Source: an uncultured Nitratifractor sp. (GTDB lineage Bacteria > Campylobacterota > Campylobacteria > Campylobacterales > Sulfurovaceae). From it: a stretch of 63,031 bases of DNA. The stretch is taken from positions 1 through 63,031 of the forward strand of contig CAZFCZ010000027.1 in assembly GCA_964517485.1 (NCBI GenBank). Direction: 5' to 3'. A model generated the notes under the pieces. The model was given only the letters and a program-made list of their open reading frames with translations, searched no databases and was not told the origin of the DNA. The stretch's first letter is position 1, and each line of letters opens with the position of its first letter. The position numbers and the translations under genes are program-made. Below are positions 20,207 through 29,201 of the stretch, one piece after another.

Positions 20207-20665
20207 ATGAGTTTTTTAACAGAGTGGATGTTTCATATACATTTAATTATGGCGATATCGTGGATTGGTGGTTCTGTATTTATGTTTGTACTAGGTATTA
20301 CTTTACGAGATAAAAAAGCGCAACAGGAGGTATATCCACATGTTGGGCCAATTTTTGGCTGGTTCGAAGTTTTTGCACTTATAGCATTGCTAATTAGTGG
20401 TACTGTTTTAGGTGGGTACTATAATTTATTTGATTTACTTTTTAATCCTAACTCTTCAGATATTTCAGATGCACTACTTAAAAAAGTTATATTGGTAACA
20501 ATTCTTACAGTTGCAACAATAGTGCACTTTGTTATAGCATACAAAACAAATGGCAAAGAGAGAACTAAGATGCAAAATCTAATATCTCGTGGCTCATCTA
20601 TGCTTATATTCTTTTTAAATCTATTTGTTATGCACTATGCGATTATTTTAAGAAATATTCTATAA
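20207..20665 (+). CDS. small 4-TM integral membrane protein (CopD/HemJ-like superfamily resemblance only)
   Basis: 152 aa with AGGAG RBS and four hydrophobic helices. TM1 reads HIHLIMAISWIGGSVF. It lacks the LPRLFVYH stretch I associate with HemJ. Confidence 0.6.
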   Translation: MSFLTEWMFHIHLIMAISWIGGSVFMFVLGITLRDKKAQQEVYPHVGPIFGWFEVFALIALLISGTVLGGYYNLFDLLFNPNSSDISDALLKKVILVTILTVATIVHFVIAYKTNGKERTKMQNLISRGSSMLIFFLNLFVMHYAIILRNIL

Positions 20666-21388
20666 ATGCTTCCAAAAAATATTGTAACAATATATGGTAG
20701 AAACGCAGTACTCGAAGCTCTTAAAGAGAAAGAGTTAAGGGTATATGCGTTACATCTTTCTAAATCTAATAAATCATCAGATAAATTAAATCTAATTATA
20801 CAAAGTGCTGAAAAAAAAGATATAGAGATAAAATACCACACTAAAGAGAGATTAAGTTTTATATCTAAAAATAAAAAGCAAGACCAAGGCGTAGCACTTG
20901 ATATTATATTAGATAACTTAAAAGATATTAGTTACTTAAAAGAGCTAGAGAGTTTTAGAGTTTTAGCATTAGATAGTATAGAGAATCCACAAAATTTAGG
21001 TATGATTATTCGCTCTGCAGCTGCTGGAAATATAGATGCAGTTATAGTATCTAAAAAAGGCTCAGCTTCTATTGTATCGCCTTTAACTATTAAAGCAAGT
21101 GTAGGAACACTCTTTAAAATACCTATTATTCAAACTAACTCTATGGTAAAAAGTTTAAAAGAGCTAGCTTTAGATAATGTAGAGTTAATATCTTTAGATT
21201 TAGGGGCAAAGAGCTCTCTTTTTAATCTAAAGTGTGGAAAAAAGTCTATTTTTATACTTGGAAACGAAAGTAGGGGTGTAAGCAAAGAGATTAGTCAAAT
21301 ATCTACAAAATCTGTAAAAATAGAGATGAATAGGGGTGTAGAGTCTTTAAATGTTGCTATTACTGCATCTTTAATAAGTTTTTTGTAA
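20666..21388 (+). CDS. TrmH/SpoU family RNA 2'-O-methyltransferase (RlmB-like)
   Basis: 240 aa. SpoU motifs NPQNLGMIIRSAAA, LGNESRGVS, SLNVAITASL. Confidence 0.85.
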   Translation: MLPKNIVTIYGRNAVLEALKEKELRVYALHLSKSNKSSDKLNLIIQSAEKKDIEIKYHTKERLSFISKNKKQDQGVALDIILDNLKDISYLKELESFRVLALDSIENPQNLGMIIRSAAAGNIDAVIVSKKGSASIVSPLTIKASVGTLFKIPIIQTNSMVKSLKELALDNVELISLDLGAKSSLFNLKCGKKSIFILGNESRGVSKEISQISTKSVKIEMNRGVESLNVAITASLISFL

Positions 21389-21474
21389 ATTTTTATATAT
21401 TTTAAAACTCATTTAAACACTTTTTAGCTAAAATGTCGCACTATTAAGCGCAGAGACGAATTAAAGGGTTAATA

Positions 21475-21780
21475 ATGTACGCAATTATCAAAGCAAGTGG
21501 ACAACAGTTTAAAGTTCAAGAGGGAGATATTATCTGCTTCGACAAAATGAATTTAGAGCCAAAAGCAGAAGTAGAGTTTAACGAAGTACTAGCTATAAAC
21601 GATGGTGAATTAAAAATAGGTTCTCCATTAGTAGAAGGTGCAGTAGTTAAAGGTGAAGTTATCAACGAAGGTAGAGATAAAAAAGTTGTTATCTTTAAGA
21701 AAAGAAGAAGAAAAGACTCTAAAGTAAAAAGAGGTTTCAGAAGAGACTATACAAGAGTTAGAATAACTAAAATAGCATAA
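21475..21780 (+). CDS. rplU: 50S ribosomal protein L21
   Basis: 101 aa starting [14 protein letters not shown], with a basic C-terminus. Confidence 0.95.
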   Translation: MYAIIKASGQQFKVQEGDIICFDKMNLEPKAEVEFNEVLAINDGELKIGSPLVEGAVVKGEVINEGRDKKVVIFKKRRRKDSKVKRGFRRDYTRVRITKIA

Positions 21781-21789
21781 GGAGAAGAG

Positions 21790-22044
21790 ATGGCACACAA
21801 GAAAGGTCAAGGATCAACTCAGAACAACCGTGATTCAGCAGGTCGTCGTTTAGGCGTTAAAAAATTTGGTGGTGAAAAAGTTATTCCAGGTAATATTATT
21901 ATTCGCCAAAGAGGAACAAAAGTAGTAGCAGGTACAGGTGTTAGATATGGTAAAGATCATACTATCTTCGCTGTAGTTGAGGGTGTTGTTAAATTTGACA
22001 ATAAAACAAGAAACAAAAAAAGAGTTTCTGTAGTTCCTGCTTAA
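21790..22044 (+). CDS. rpmA: 50S ribosomal protein L27
   Basis: 84 aa starting [24 protein letters not shown]. Confidence 0.96.
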   Translation: MAHKKGQGSTQNNRDSAGRRLGVKKFGGEKVIPGNIIIRQRGTKVVAGTGVRYGKDHTIFAVVEGVVKFDNKTRNKKRVSVVPA

Positions 22045-22056
22045 TTTATTTGCTAT

Positions 22057-22080
22057 AAGAGCTTTTGCTCTTGTAGATTT
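22057..22080 (+). terminator. candidate intrinsic terminator after rpmA
   Basis: Hairpin AAGAGC-tttt-GCTCTT starts 13 nt after the stop and is followed by a moderately T-rich tail. Confidence 0.45.
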
Positions 22081-22298
22081 ATACTTCTTTTAGAACTAAT
22101 TATCAACCTATTTATTACACTTTTATCTATTAATATACTTCAGCTTTAATAAAATATTTAGCTGTATATAAAAATTTATCTTATTTTAATAAAAAAGTTA
22201 TCGATTTTATAGTGGCTTTGCTTTACTTTTTAAAATTTAAAGTAAGTTATTTTAAGTAGATAGGCTATAATAGTAGAACTTAAATAAAAGTTGGTAAT

Positions 22299-22796
22299 AT
22301 GAGTGTTAATATAGAGTTTAGATGGAATCAAGAGGTATATAAGTTAGCAGGTGAAATTGCTTACAAATATAAAATGGCATATACTTGGAAAAAATATTTA
22401 GGCTATTTTTTTATTGGTTTAATAATTATAGGTTTAATTAAGCTAAAAAATAGTGGAGATTTTTCAGTAATATATATTGGTGCTATATTATCTATATATT
22501 GGTATTTTATAAGAGGTTTTTTATATAAAAGTAGATTATTAAAAAACTTTAAAAAAGAGGGTATTAGTGAATTAACTATGCACTTTAATATTACAAAAGG
22601 TGGTATTAATATTAATGGCAATATGATACCTTGGAGAGATATTACATTAGTAGTTGTACACCCTAGTGGTTTTTTAATAGAGAGACCAGAGGGGTATCCA
22701 TATATTCCAGCTACAGCATTTAGTAAAGATAAAGAAGTAGAGTTTTTTTTAAAGTTACTAGAGAAAAATGAGATACCTCTTAAAAAAGTTGTGTAA
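22299..22796 (+). CDS. YcxB-like membrane protein
   Basis: 165 aa. Two central TM helices followed by a small soluble domain (IPWRDITLVVVHPSGFLIERPEG) resembling the YcxB-like/bPH fold. Weak RBS. Confidence 0.55.
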   Translation: MSVNIEFRWNQEVYKLAGEIAYKYKMAYTWKKYLGYFFIGLIIIGLIKLKNSGDFSVIYIGAILSIYWYFIRGFLYKSRLLKNFKKEGISELTMHFNITKGGININGNMIPWRDITLVVVHPSGFLIERPEGYPYIPATAFSKDKEVEFFLKLLEKNEIPLKKVV

Positions 22797-22846
22797 AAAT
22801 ATAATAAAATTTGATACAATTGTAAAAATATTTTTTAGGATTATTT

Positions 22847-23536
22847 ATGATTTTAGATAAAGAGACTTTAAGAACTAATTTAGATAGAGTTATATGGGAT
22901 ATCGAAGAGGCAAGATTACAAAGAAGCGAGCATTTGATTGTTCAGTTATGTGTTGTTAGTAAATATACCGAAATAGAGAATATTAAAACTCTATACGAAC
23001 TAGGGCAGAGAAATTTTGGTGAAAACCAAGTACAACAGCTAGAGAGCAGAGCCAATACTTTAGAAGATTTACCACTATCTTGGCAGATGATTGGAACACT
23101 ACAGAAGAATAAAATTAATAAACTTATAGATTTAAACCCAACACTACTGCAATCTTTAGACTCTTTAGAGTTAGCACAAGAGTTAGATAAAAGATTAAAA
23201 GCAAAAGATAAAACTATGAGTGCTCTATTGCAGATAAATAGTGCAAACGAAGCAACTAAAAGTGGTGTATCTATTGATGAAGCAATAGATATTTATAATC
23301 AAATACAAGAGAGTTGCTCTAGTATAAGTCTAAAAGGTGTAATGACAATTGGTGCACATACAACAGATACAAAAATTATAAAGCAATCTTTTGATGCAAC
23401 TTATAGTATATACGAAAAGCTACAAAAAAATGGCGCAAGTATATGCTCTATGGGTATGAGTAGCGATTTTAAATTAGCAATTGAGTGTGGTTCTAACATG
23501 GTTAGAATTGGCTCTAGATTATTTACTAATGAGTAG
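22847..23536 (+). CDS. yggS: YggS family pyridoxal-phosphate homeostasis protein
   Basis: 229 aa. Motifs VSKY (PLP Lys), NFGENQVQ, WQMIGTLQKNK, MGMSSDF. Confidence 0.85.
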   Translation: MILDKETLRTNLDRVIWDIEEARLQRSEHLIVQLCVVSKYTEIENIKTLYELGQRNFGENQVQQLESRANTLEDLPLSWQMIGTLQKNKINKLIDLNPTLLQSLDSLELAQELDKRLKAKDKTMSALLQINSANEATKSGVSIDEAIDIYNQIQESCSSISLKGVMTIGAHTTDTKIIKQSFDATYSIYEKLQKNGASICSMGMSSDFKLAIECGSNMVRIGSRLFTNE

Positions 23537-24626
23537 TGCAGATACTATTTTAGTGCATATCTGCTGCTCGGTAGATAGCCACTTTTTTCTACAAAGATTA
23601 CAAAAAATATATCCTAAAGCTAAGCTTATTGGCTTTTTTTACGATCCAAATATTCACCCATATAGCGAGTATTACTTACGACTTTTAGATGTAAAAAGAA
23701 GTTGTAATATTTTAAACATACAACTTATAGAGGGCGATTACGATTATGATAGCTGGCTAAAAACTGTACGAGGCTTAGAAGACGAGCCAGAAAAAGGTGC
23801 AAGATGCTCTGTATGTTTTGATAGACGCTTTGAAGTAACTGCTAAGAGAGCTTACGATTTAGGTATAAAATACTTTACTTCAACACTTTTAACTTCTCCT
23901 AAAAAATCTATAAATCAGCTAAAATTAAGTGGTGACAAATTGGCTAAAGAGCTTAATTTAGAGTTTTTAACTTTAGATTTTAGACAAAAAAATGGAACTC
24001 AAGAGCAAAATATAATTGCTAAAGAAGATAGACTATATAGACAAAACTATTGTGGCTGTTTATATGGCTTAAAACAACAAAGGCAGCAGCAAGATAGGCT
24101 TTTAGATGAACTATTTTCTCCAATATCTAAGCAAATACAGCCAGCATCCATAGAGGATAAAATAGAACTTTACGAAAACAGACTAAAACTAGAAGAGCGT
24201 GGTGCTGAGTATAAAATAGTTAAAAGAAGACTGCTAAATTGGCGATTGCTATATGCAGTTGTAAAATATAAAAGGTCTAATATGGTTGCACACATTTTAC
24301 CATATTCTAAGCTAAAAAGTGGCTATTCTAGGGGTAAAGTAGAGTATGCTGTAAATAATGTACATCACTTTAGCAGAGATGAAATTAAATTTATATCGCT
24401 AGATTACTATAATAAATTAATAAATAAAAACTATAAAACTACACTTGAGTTAATATTTAATTTACCTAAATTTGAAGTTGAGCTAAAAGCAAGAGAAAAA
24501 ATTGTAAATGGATTTTATGACCTTTCTACGGTAGTAGTTGTAGATGAAATTCCAGAATCTAAAGTAGAATTAAAAATTGATACAAAACTTTATGAAGATG
24601 TGCAAGAGGTGTTAATTACACTTTAA
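23529..24626 (+). CDS. queH: epoxyqueuosine reductase QueH (DUF208) with extra C-terminal domain
   Basis: I prefer the ATG at 23529 (ATGAGTAG overlap with the yggS stop), giving MSSADTILVHICC. DUF208 motifs RCSVCFDRR and QNYCGCLYG. About 180 aa follow the core. Confidence 0.72.
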   Translation: MSSADTILVHICCSVDSHFFLQRLQKIYPKAKLIGFFYDPNIHPYSEYYLRLLDVKRSCNILNIQLIEGDYDYDSWLKTVRGLEDEPEKGARCSVCFDRRFEVTAKRAYDLGIKYFTSTLLTSPKKSINQLKLSGDKLAKELNLEFLTLDFRQKNGTQEQNIIAKEDRLYRQNYCGCLYGLKQQRQQQDRLLDELFSPISKQIQPASIEDKIELYENRLKLEERGAEYKIVKRRLLNWRLLYAVVKYKRSNMVAHILPYSKLKSGYSRGKVEYAVNNVHHFSRDEIKFISLDYYNKLINKNYKTTLELIFNLPKFEVELKAREKIVNGFYDLSTVVVVDEIPESKVELKIDTKLYEDVQEVLITL

Positions 24627-24668
24627 CCAACCTTTCGATATTATATAAATAAAAATTAAAGGTTGCAT

Positions 24669-25118
24669 ATGCTTTATAATGTTATGGAAATTCAAGATAT
24701 TTTACCACATAGATACCCATTTCTTTTAGTTGATAGAGTTACGGCTTTAGAACCTGGCAAAATGATAGAAGCTTATAAGAATGTATCTATCTCTGAGCCT
24801 GTATTTCAAGGGCACTTTCCTGATCATCCTATCTATCCTGGTGTTATGATTATAGAGGGTATGGCACAAGCTGGTGGTGTATTGGCATTTCAGAGTGCTT
24901 CTAAAGAAGAGCAAGATGCAGCTAAAGATAAAGTTGTATATTTTATGAGCATAGATAAAGCTAAATTTAGAGCACCAGTTGTTCCTGGAGATAAGCTAGA
25001 GTATAAGCTAAATGTTATTAAAAACAGAGGTGCTGTATGGCACTTAGATGCAAAAGCATATGTTGATGGCAAGCTAGTTACAGAAGCCGAATTAAAAGCA
25101 ATGATTGTAGATAAATAA
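24669..25118 (+). CDS. fabZ: 3-hydroxyacyl-ACP dehydratase FabZ
   Basis: ATG at 24669 preferred (AAAGG upstream). Motifs [13 protein letters not shown] and FQGHFP. Confidence 0.9.
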   Translation: MLYNVMEIQDILPHRYPFLLVDRVTALEPGKMIEAYKNVSISEPVFQGHFPDHPIYPGVMIIEGMAQAGGVLAFQSASKEEQDAAKDKVVYFMSIDKAKFRAPVVPGDKLEYKLNVIKNRGAVWHLDAKAYVDGKLVTEAELKAMIVDK

Positions 25119-25900
25119 TGAGTCAAATACATCCAACTGCCATTGTTGAAGATGGTGCAAAAATAGGAGAGAATGTATCTATAGGTGCATATAGTTATAT
25201 TGCTAAAGATGTTACAATTGGAAATAATACTACTATTGGCTCTCACACGCTAATAGAGGGCATTACTACAATTGGAGAGGATAATGAGATATTCTCTCAC
25301 GCAGTTGTTGGCTCTATTCCGCAAGATCTTAAATTTAATGGCGAAAGAGTAGAGTTAATAATTGGAAATGGTAACAAAATTCGTGAATTTACACTAATTA
25401 ACCCTGGTACTCAAGGTGGTGGTGGTGTTACTAAAATTGGTAATAATAACTTGCTAATGGGCTATGTACATATTGCCCATGATGTTATAGTTGGCAATAG
25501 CTGTATTTTAGCTAATGGTGCTACACTTGCTGGGCATGTAGTGCTTGGTAATGGAGTTGTAGTTGGTGGGTTAACACCTATTCATCAGTTTGTAAAAGTT
25601 GGTGATATGGCTATGATTGCAGGAGCTAGTGCGCTTAGTCAAGATGTGCCACCTTATTGCCTTGTAGAGGGTAATAGAGCAAAATTAAGAGGCTTAAATT
25701 TAACAGGACTTAGAAGACATATAGATATTAGCGATATTAACGAGCTAAAAAAGGCGTATAAAGAGCTATTTAGTGCGCAAGAGCCAATGCAAGATGTTGT
25801 AGAGAGACTAGTAAACAGTAGTAGCGAACATGTTGTAAAAATGGTAAAATTTATAAAAGAATCAAAAAGAGGTATAGCTATGCCAAGGAGTAAAAATTGA
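25118..25900 (+). CDS. lpxA: acyl-ACP:UDP-GlcNAc O-acyltransferase LpxA
   Basis: 260 aa with TAATG overlap to fabZ. Left-handed beta-helix hexapeptide repeats plus a helical C-domain. Confidence 0.9.
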   Translation: MSQIHPTAIVEDGAKIGENVSIGAYSYIAKDVTIGNNTTIGSHTLIEGITTIGEDNEIFSHAVVGSIPQDLKFNGERVELIIGNGNKIREFTLINPGTQGGGGVTKIGNNNLLMGYVHIAHDVIVGNSCILANGATLAGHVVLGNGVVVGGLTPIHQFVKVGDMAMIAGASALSQDVPPYCLVEGNRAKLRGLNLTGLRRHIDISDINELKKAYKELFSAQEPMQDVVERLVNSSSEHVVKMVKFIKESKRGIAMPRSKN

Positions 25901-27114
25901 ATAAACATTGTAGTTTCTGTGGATCGCAAGAGAGCGATAGTCTGCCGTTAGTAGCAGGACAAAATGCATATATTTGTAGTAATTGTGTTGTATCTGCATA
26001 TAAGATACTTTTTGGAGAGGAAGGAAGCTCTTATGAAGAGATGGAAGAGGAGCTAAGAGACTTAACACCAAAAGAGCTAAAAGAGTTTTTAGATAACTAT
26101 GTAATAGGGCAAGGTGATGCTAAGAAAACTCTTAGTGTTGCTGTGTATAACCACTACAAAAGAATACTAAAAGGCAAAAGCTTAAATGGAGATACTGAAA
26201 TTTCTAAATCTAATATTTTACTAGTTGGCCCAACTGGCAGTGGTAAGACACTTTTAGCGCAATCGATTGCTAAATTCTTAGATGTACCAATTGCTATTGC
26301 TGATGCAACTAACTTAACAGAAGCTGGGTATGTTGGCGAAGATGTAGAGAATATCTTAACAAAACTGCTGCAAGCTGCCGAAGATGATGTAGAAAGAGCG
26401 CAAAGAGGAATAGTATTTATTGATGAAATTGATAAAATTGCTAGAGCTGGTGAGAACCGCTCTATTACTCGTGATGTATCAGGAGAGGGTGTTCAGCAAG
26501 CGTTATTAAAAATTATAGAGGGCTCAATTGTTAATATACCGCCAAAAGGTGGTAGAAAGCACCCTAATCAAGACTTTATACAAATTGATACATCTAATAT
26601 TTTATTTATATGTGGTGGTGCTTTTGATGGTTTAGAAGAGATTATAGCTCGCCGTATTGGTGGTAACACACTAGGATTTGGACACAAAAAGAGAACTAAA
26701 GAGGATAACGAGAATAATCTATCTTTAGTAGAGCCAGACGACTTAGTAGCTTTTGGACTAATTCCTGAGTTAATTGGTAGATTGCATGTGCTTACTACAC
26801 TTAAAAAGATATCTGTAGAGGATATGGTAAGAATATTAACTGAGCCTAAAAACTCTTTAATTAAGCAATATAAAGCTCTATTTGAATTAGATGAAGTTAA
26901 GCTATCTTTCGAAGATGAAGCACTAGAAGAAATTGCAAAAAAAGCACTACAAAGAAAGACTGGTGCTAGAGGGTTAAGATCGATTTTAGAAGAGATTTTG
27001 TTAGATATTATGTATCAGTTGCCTGAATTACAAGGTTATGAAGTTATAATAACAAAAGATGTTATAAATAAAGAGGCAGAACCTCTATTATTAAAAGATA
27101 AAAAAAGTGCATAA
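25897..27114 (+). CDS. clpX: ATP-dependent Clp protease ATPase subunit ClpX
   Basis: 405 aa. Zn finger CSFCG...CSNC, Walker A GPTGSGKT, Walker [10 protein letters not shown], sensor GARGLR. Confidence 0.96.
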   Translation: MNKHCSFCGSQESDSLPLVAGQNAYICSNCVVSAYKILFGEEGSSYEEMEEELRDLTPKELKEFLDNYVIGQGDAKKTLSVAVYNHYKRILKGKSLNGDTEISKSNILLVGPTGSGKTLLAQSIAKFLDVPIAIADATNLTEAGYVGEDVENILTKLLQAAEDDVERAQRGIVFIDEIDKIARAGENRSITRDVSGEGVQQALLKIIEGSIVNIPPKGGRKHPNQDFIQIDTSNILFICGGAFDGLEEIIARRIGGNTLGFGHKKRTKEDNENNLSLVEPDDLVAFGLIPELIGRLHVLTTLKKISVEDMVRILTEPKNSLIKQYKALFELDEVKLSFEDEALEEIAKKALQRKTGARGLRSILEEILLDIMYQLPELQGYEVIITKDVINKEAEPLLLKDKKSA

Positions 27115-27123
27115 GGGGAAATA

Positions 27124-28164
27124 GTGGGATTTTTTAAAAATTTATTTGGTTTTCTATCGCAAGATATTGCTATAGACTTAGGTACAGCTAATACACTAGT
27201 TTTAGTTAAAAATAAAGGTATTGTAATTAACGAGCCTTCTGTTGTTGCTGTTAAGATTAATAGATCAGGACAAGAAGAGATTTTAGCTGTTGGACAAGAG
27301 GCAAAAGAGATGGTTGGTAAAACACCTGGCTCTATTAAAGCTATTAGACCAATGAGAGATGGTGTAATTGCCGACTTTAATACTACAGAGATGATGATAG
27401 AGTACTTTATAAAGACAGTAAATGGTAGAAGTATGCTATCTTCGCCAAGAATTGTAATTTGTGTGCCTTATGGTTTAACACAAGTAGAGAGAAAAGCTGT
27501 TAGAGAGTCTGCTCTTAATGCAGGTGCTAGAAGTGTTTACTTAATAGAAGAGCCAATGGCAGCAGCGATTGGTGCAGGTTTGCCTGTAAAAGATCCTAAT
27601 GGTAACTTGGTTGTTGATATTGGTGGCGGTACTACAGAAATTGGTGTAACATCTTTAGGTGGCTTAGTAATTAGTAAATCTATTAGAGTAGCTGGTGATA
27701 AACTAGATGAAGCAATAAAAGACTACACTAAGAAAAACTTTAATCTTTTAATTGGTGATAGAGTTGCAGAAAACTTAAAAATAGAGATTGGAACTGCTAT
27801 TAAGTTAGATGAGCAATTATCTACAATAGTTAAAGGTAGAGATCAAGTAGAGGGTGGTTTAAAATCTGAAGAGATTAATAGTGAGCACATTAGAGAAGCA
27901 ATTTCTGACCCACTACAGCAAATTGCAGAAGCACTTAAGAGTGTACTAGAGCAAACACCTCCAGAACTTGCAGGTGATATTGTAGAAAATGGTATTGTAT
28001 TAACTGGTGGTGGTTCACTTATTCGTGGATTAGATAAGTTTTTAGCAGATGAAGTAAAATTGCCTGTTTATATTGCAGATGAACCTCTATTAGCAGTTGC
28101 AAAAGGTACTGGCGAAGCGCTTAATCAGATAGATATACTACAGCAAACTAACTACGAAGATTAA
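27124..28164 (+). CDS. mreB: rod shape-determining protein MreB
   Basis: 346 aa with a GTG start after AAGGGGA. Actin-fold motifs DLGTANT and DIGGGTTE. Confidence 0.95.
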   Translation: MGFFKNLFGFLSQDIAIDLGTANTLVLVKNKGIVINEPSVVAVKINRSGQEEILAVGQEAKEMVGKTPGSIKAIRPMRDGVIADFNTTEMMIEYFIKTVNGRSMLSSPRIVICVPYGLTQVERKAVRESALNAGARSVYLIEEPMAAAIGAGLPVKDPNGNLVVDIGGGTTEIGVTSLGGLVISKSIRVAGDKLDEAIKDYTKKNFNLLIGDRVAENLKIEIGTAIKLDEQLSTIVKGRDQVEGGLKSEEINSEHIREAISDPLQQIAEALKSVLEQTPPELAGDIVENGIVLTGGGSLIRGLDKFLADEVKLPVYIADEPLLAVAKGTGEALNQIDILQQTNYED

Positions 28165-28169
28165 TATAT

Positions 28170-29150
28170 ATGAAAAAGAGAAGCTTATTACTTCTTATTG
28201 CACTAACAGTAGTTTTTGTAATATCTATTAGAAATAATGGAGTAATAAAGAGCTTTTTTTTAGATTTTATTAATCCAATTAAGAGTGCATACTTAAATTT
28301 AACTAATATTAGTGATAGTTATTTAGAGCAGCAAAAAAGCATTACAACTCTACAAAAAGAGAATGCTAGATTAAATAAGTTGCTTCTTGAACAATCTAAC
28401 TATTTAGAACAATTAAGTAAAATATATAAACTACTGCCATCACTTTCTAAAAAACCATACAAGAGTATCTATTTGGTTGATACTATATCTTATATTAAAT
28501 TAAACAGATTAAATGAGATTATGCTCTCTTCTTCTACGAATTTAAAAGTTAAAAAAGATAAGCTTTATGGGCTAATGCAAAAAGATGTCGCTTCTGGTAT
28601 TTCAAGAGAGATAGATGGTAAGCTATATGGGTATCTATTGTCGCACCCTAAATGCACCTTTAGTGTCATAGTAGGTAGCGAGAATATAAGTGGTATTGCC
28701 CAAGGTAACGATAAAGGTGGGATGATTGTAAAGTTTATACCTAGATGGTCAAATATTAAAATAGGTGATAGCGTAAAGACAAGTGGATTAGATAACATAT
28801 TTTTTCCAAATACTCCAGTTGGTACTGTTACAGATATTAAAACTTTAGACACTTATAAGTTAGCTACAATAAAAGTATTCGCAAATTTGTCTAAACCTAA
28901 ACTTTTCTTTTTAATTTCTGATGCAACACCATATTTAACTACTGATTATGTACCTAAAACATCTTTTCCAAATAGAGTTTACCCATATATCCCTAAAAAA
29001 AATAGTGACTCTACTAATGAAGCACAGCAGACAAAAGATAGCACTATTGAGCCACAAATTGTTAATGAAGTAGACTACTTAAAAGTAATTAATACAGACT
29101 TTATATGGAACAATAAGTTAGAATTTCAAGAAGAGCATCATAATAATTAG
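28170..29150 (+). CDS. mreC: rod shape-determining protein MreC (with C-terminal extension)
   Basis: 326 aa. N-terminal TM, coiled coil (LQKENARLNKLL), MreC beta-barrel region (GDSVKTSGLDNIFFPNTPVGTV) and position after mreB. Confidence 0.78.
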   Translation: MKKRSLLLLIALTVVFVISIRNNGVIKSFFLDFINPIKSAYLNLTNISDSYLEQQKSITTLQKENARLNKLLLEQSNYLEQLSKIYKLLPSLSKKPYKSIYLVDTISYIKLNRLNEIMLSSSTNLKVKKDKLYGLMQKDVASGISREIDGKLYGYLLSHPKCTFSVIVGSENISGIAQGNDKGGMIVKFIPRWSNIKIGDSVKTSGLDNIFFPNTPVGTVTDIKTLDTYKLATIKVFANLSKPKLFFLISDATPYLTTDYVPKTSFPNRVYPYIPKKNSDSTNEAQQTKDSTIEPQIVNEVDYLKVINTDFIWNNKLEFQEEHHNN

Positions 29151-29201
29151 CATTTAACCTAGATTTAGTATAATACTAAACTAAAAAAGGGTCTATAATC
29201 T

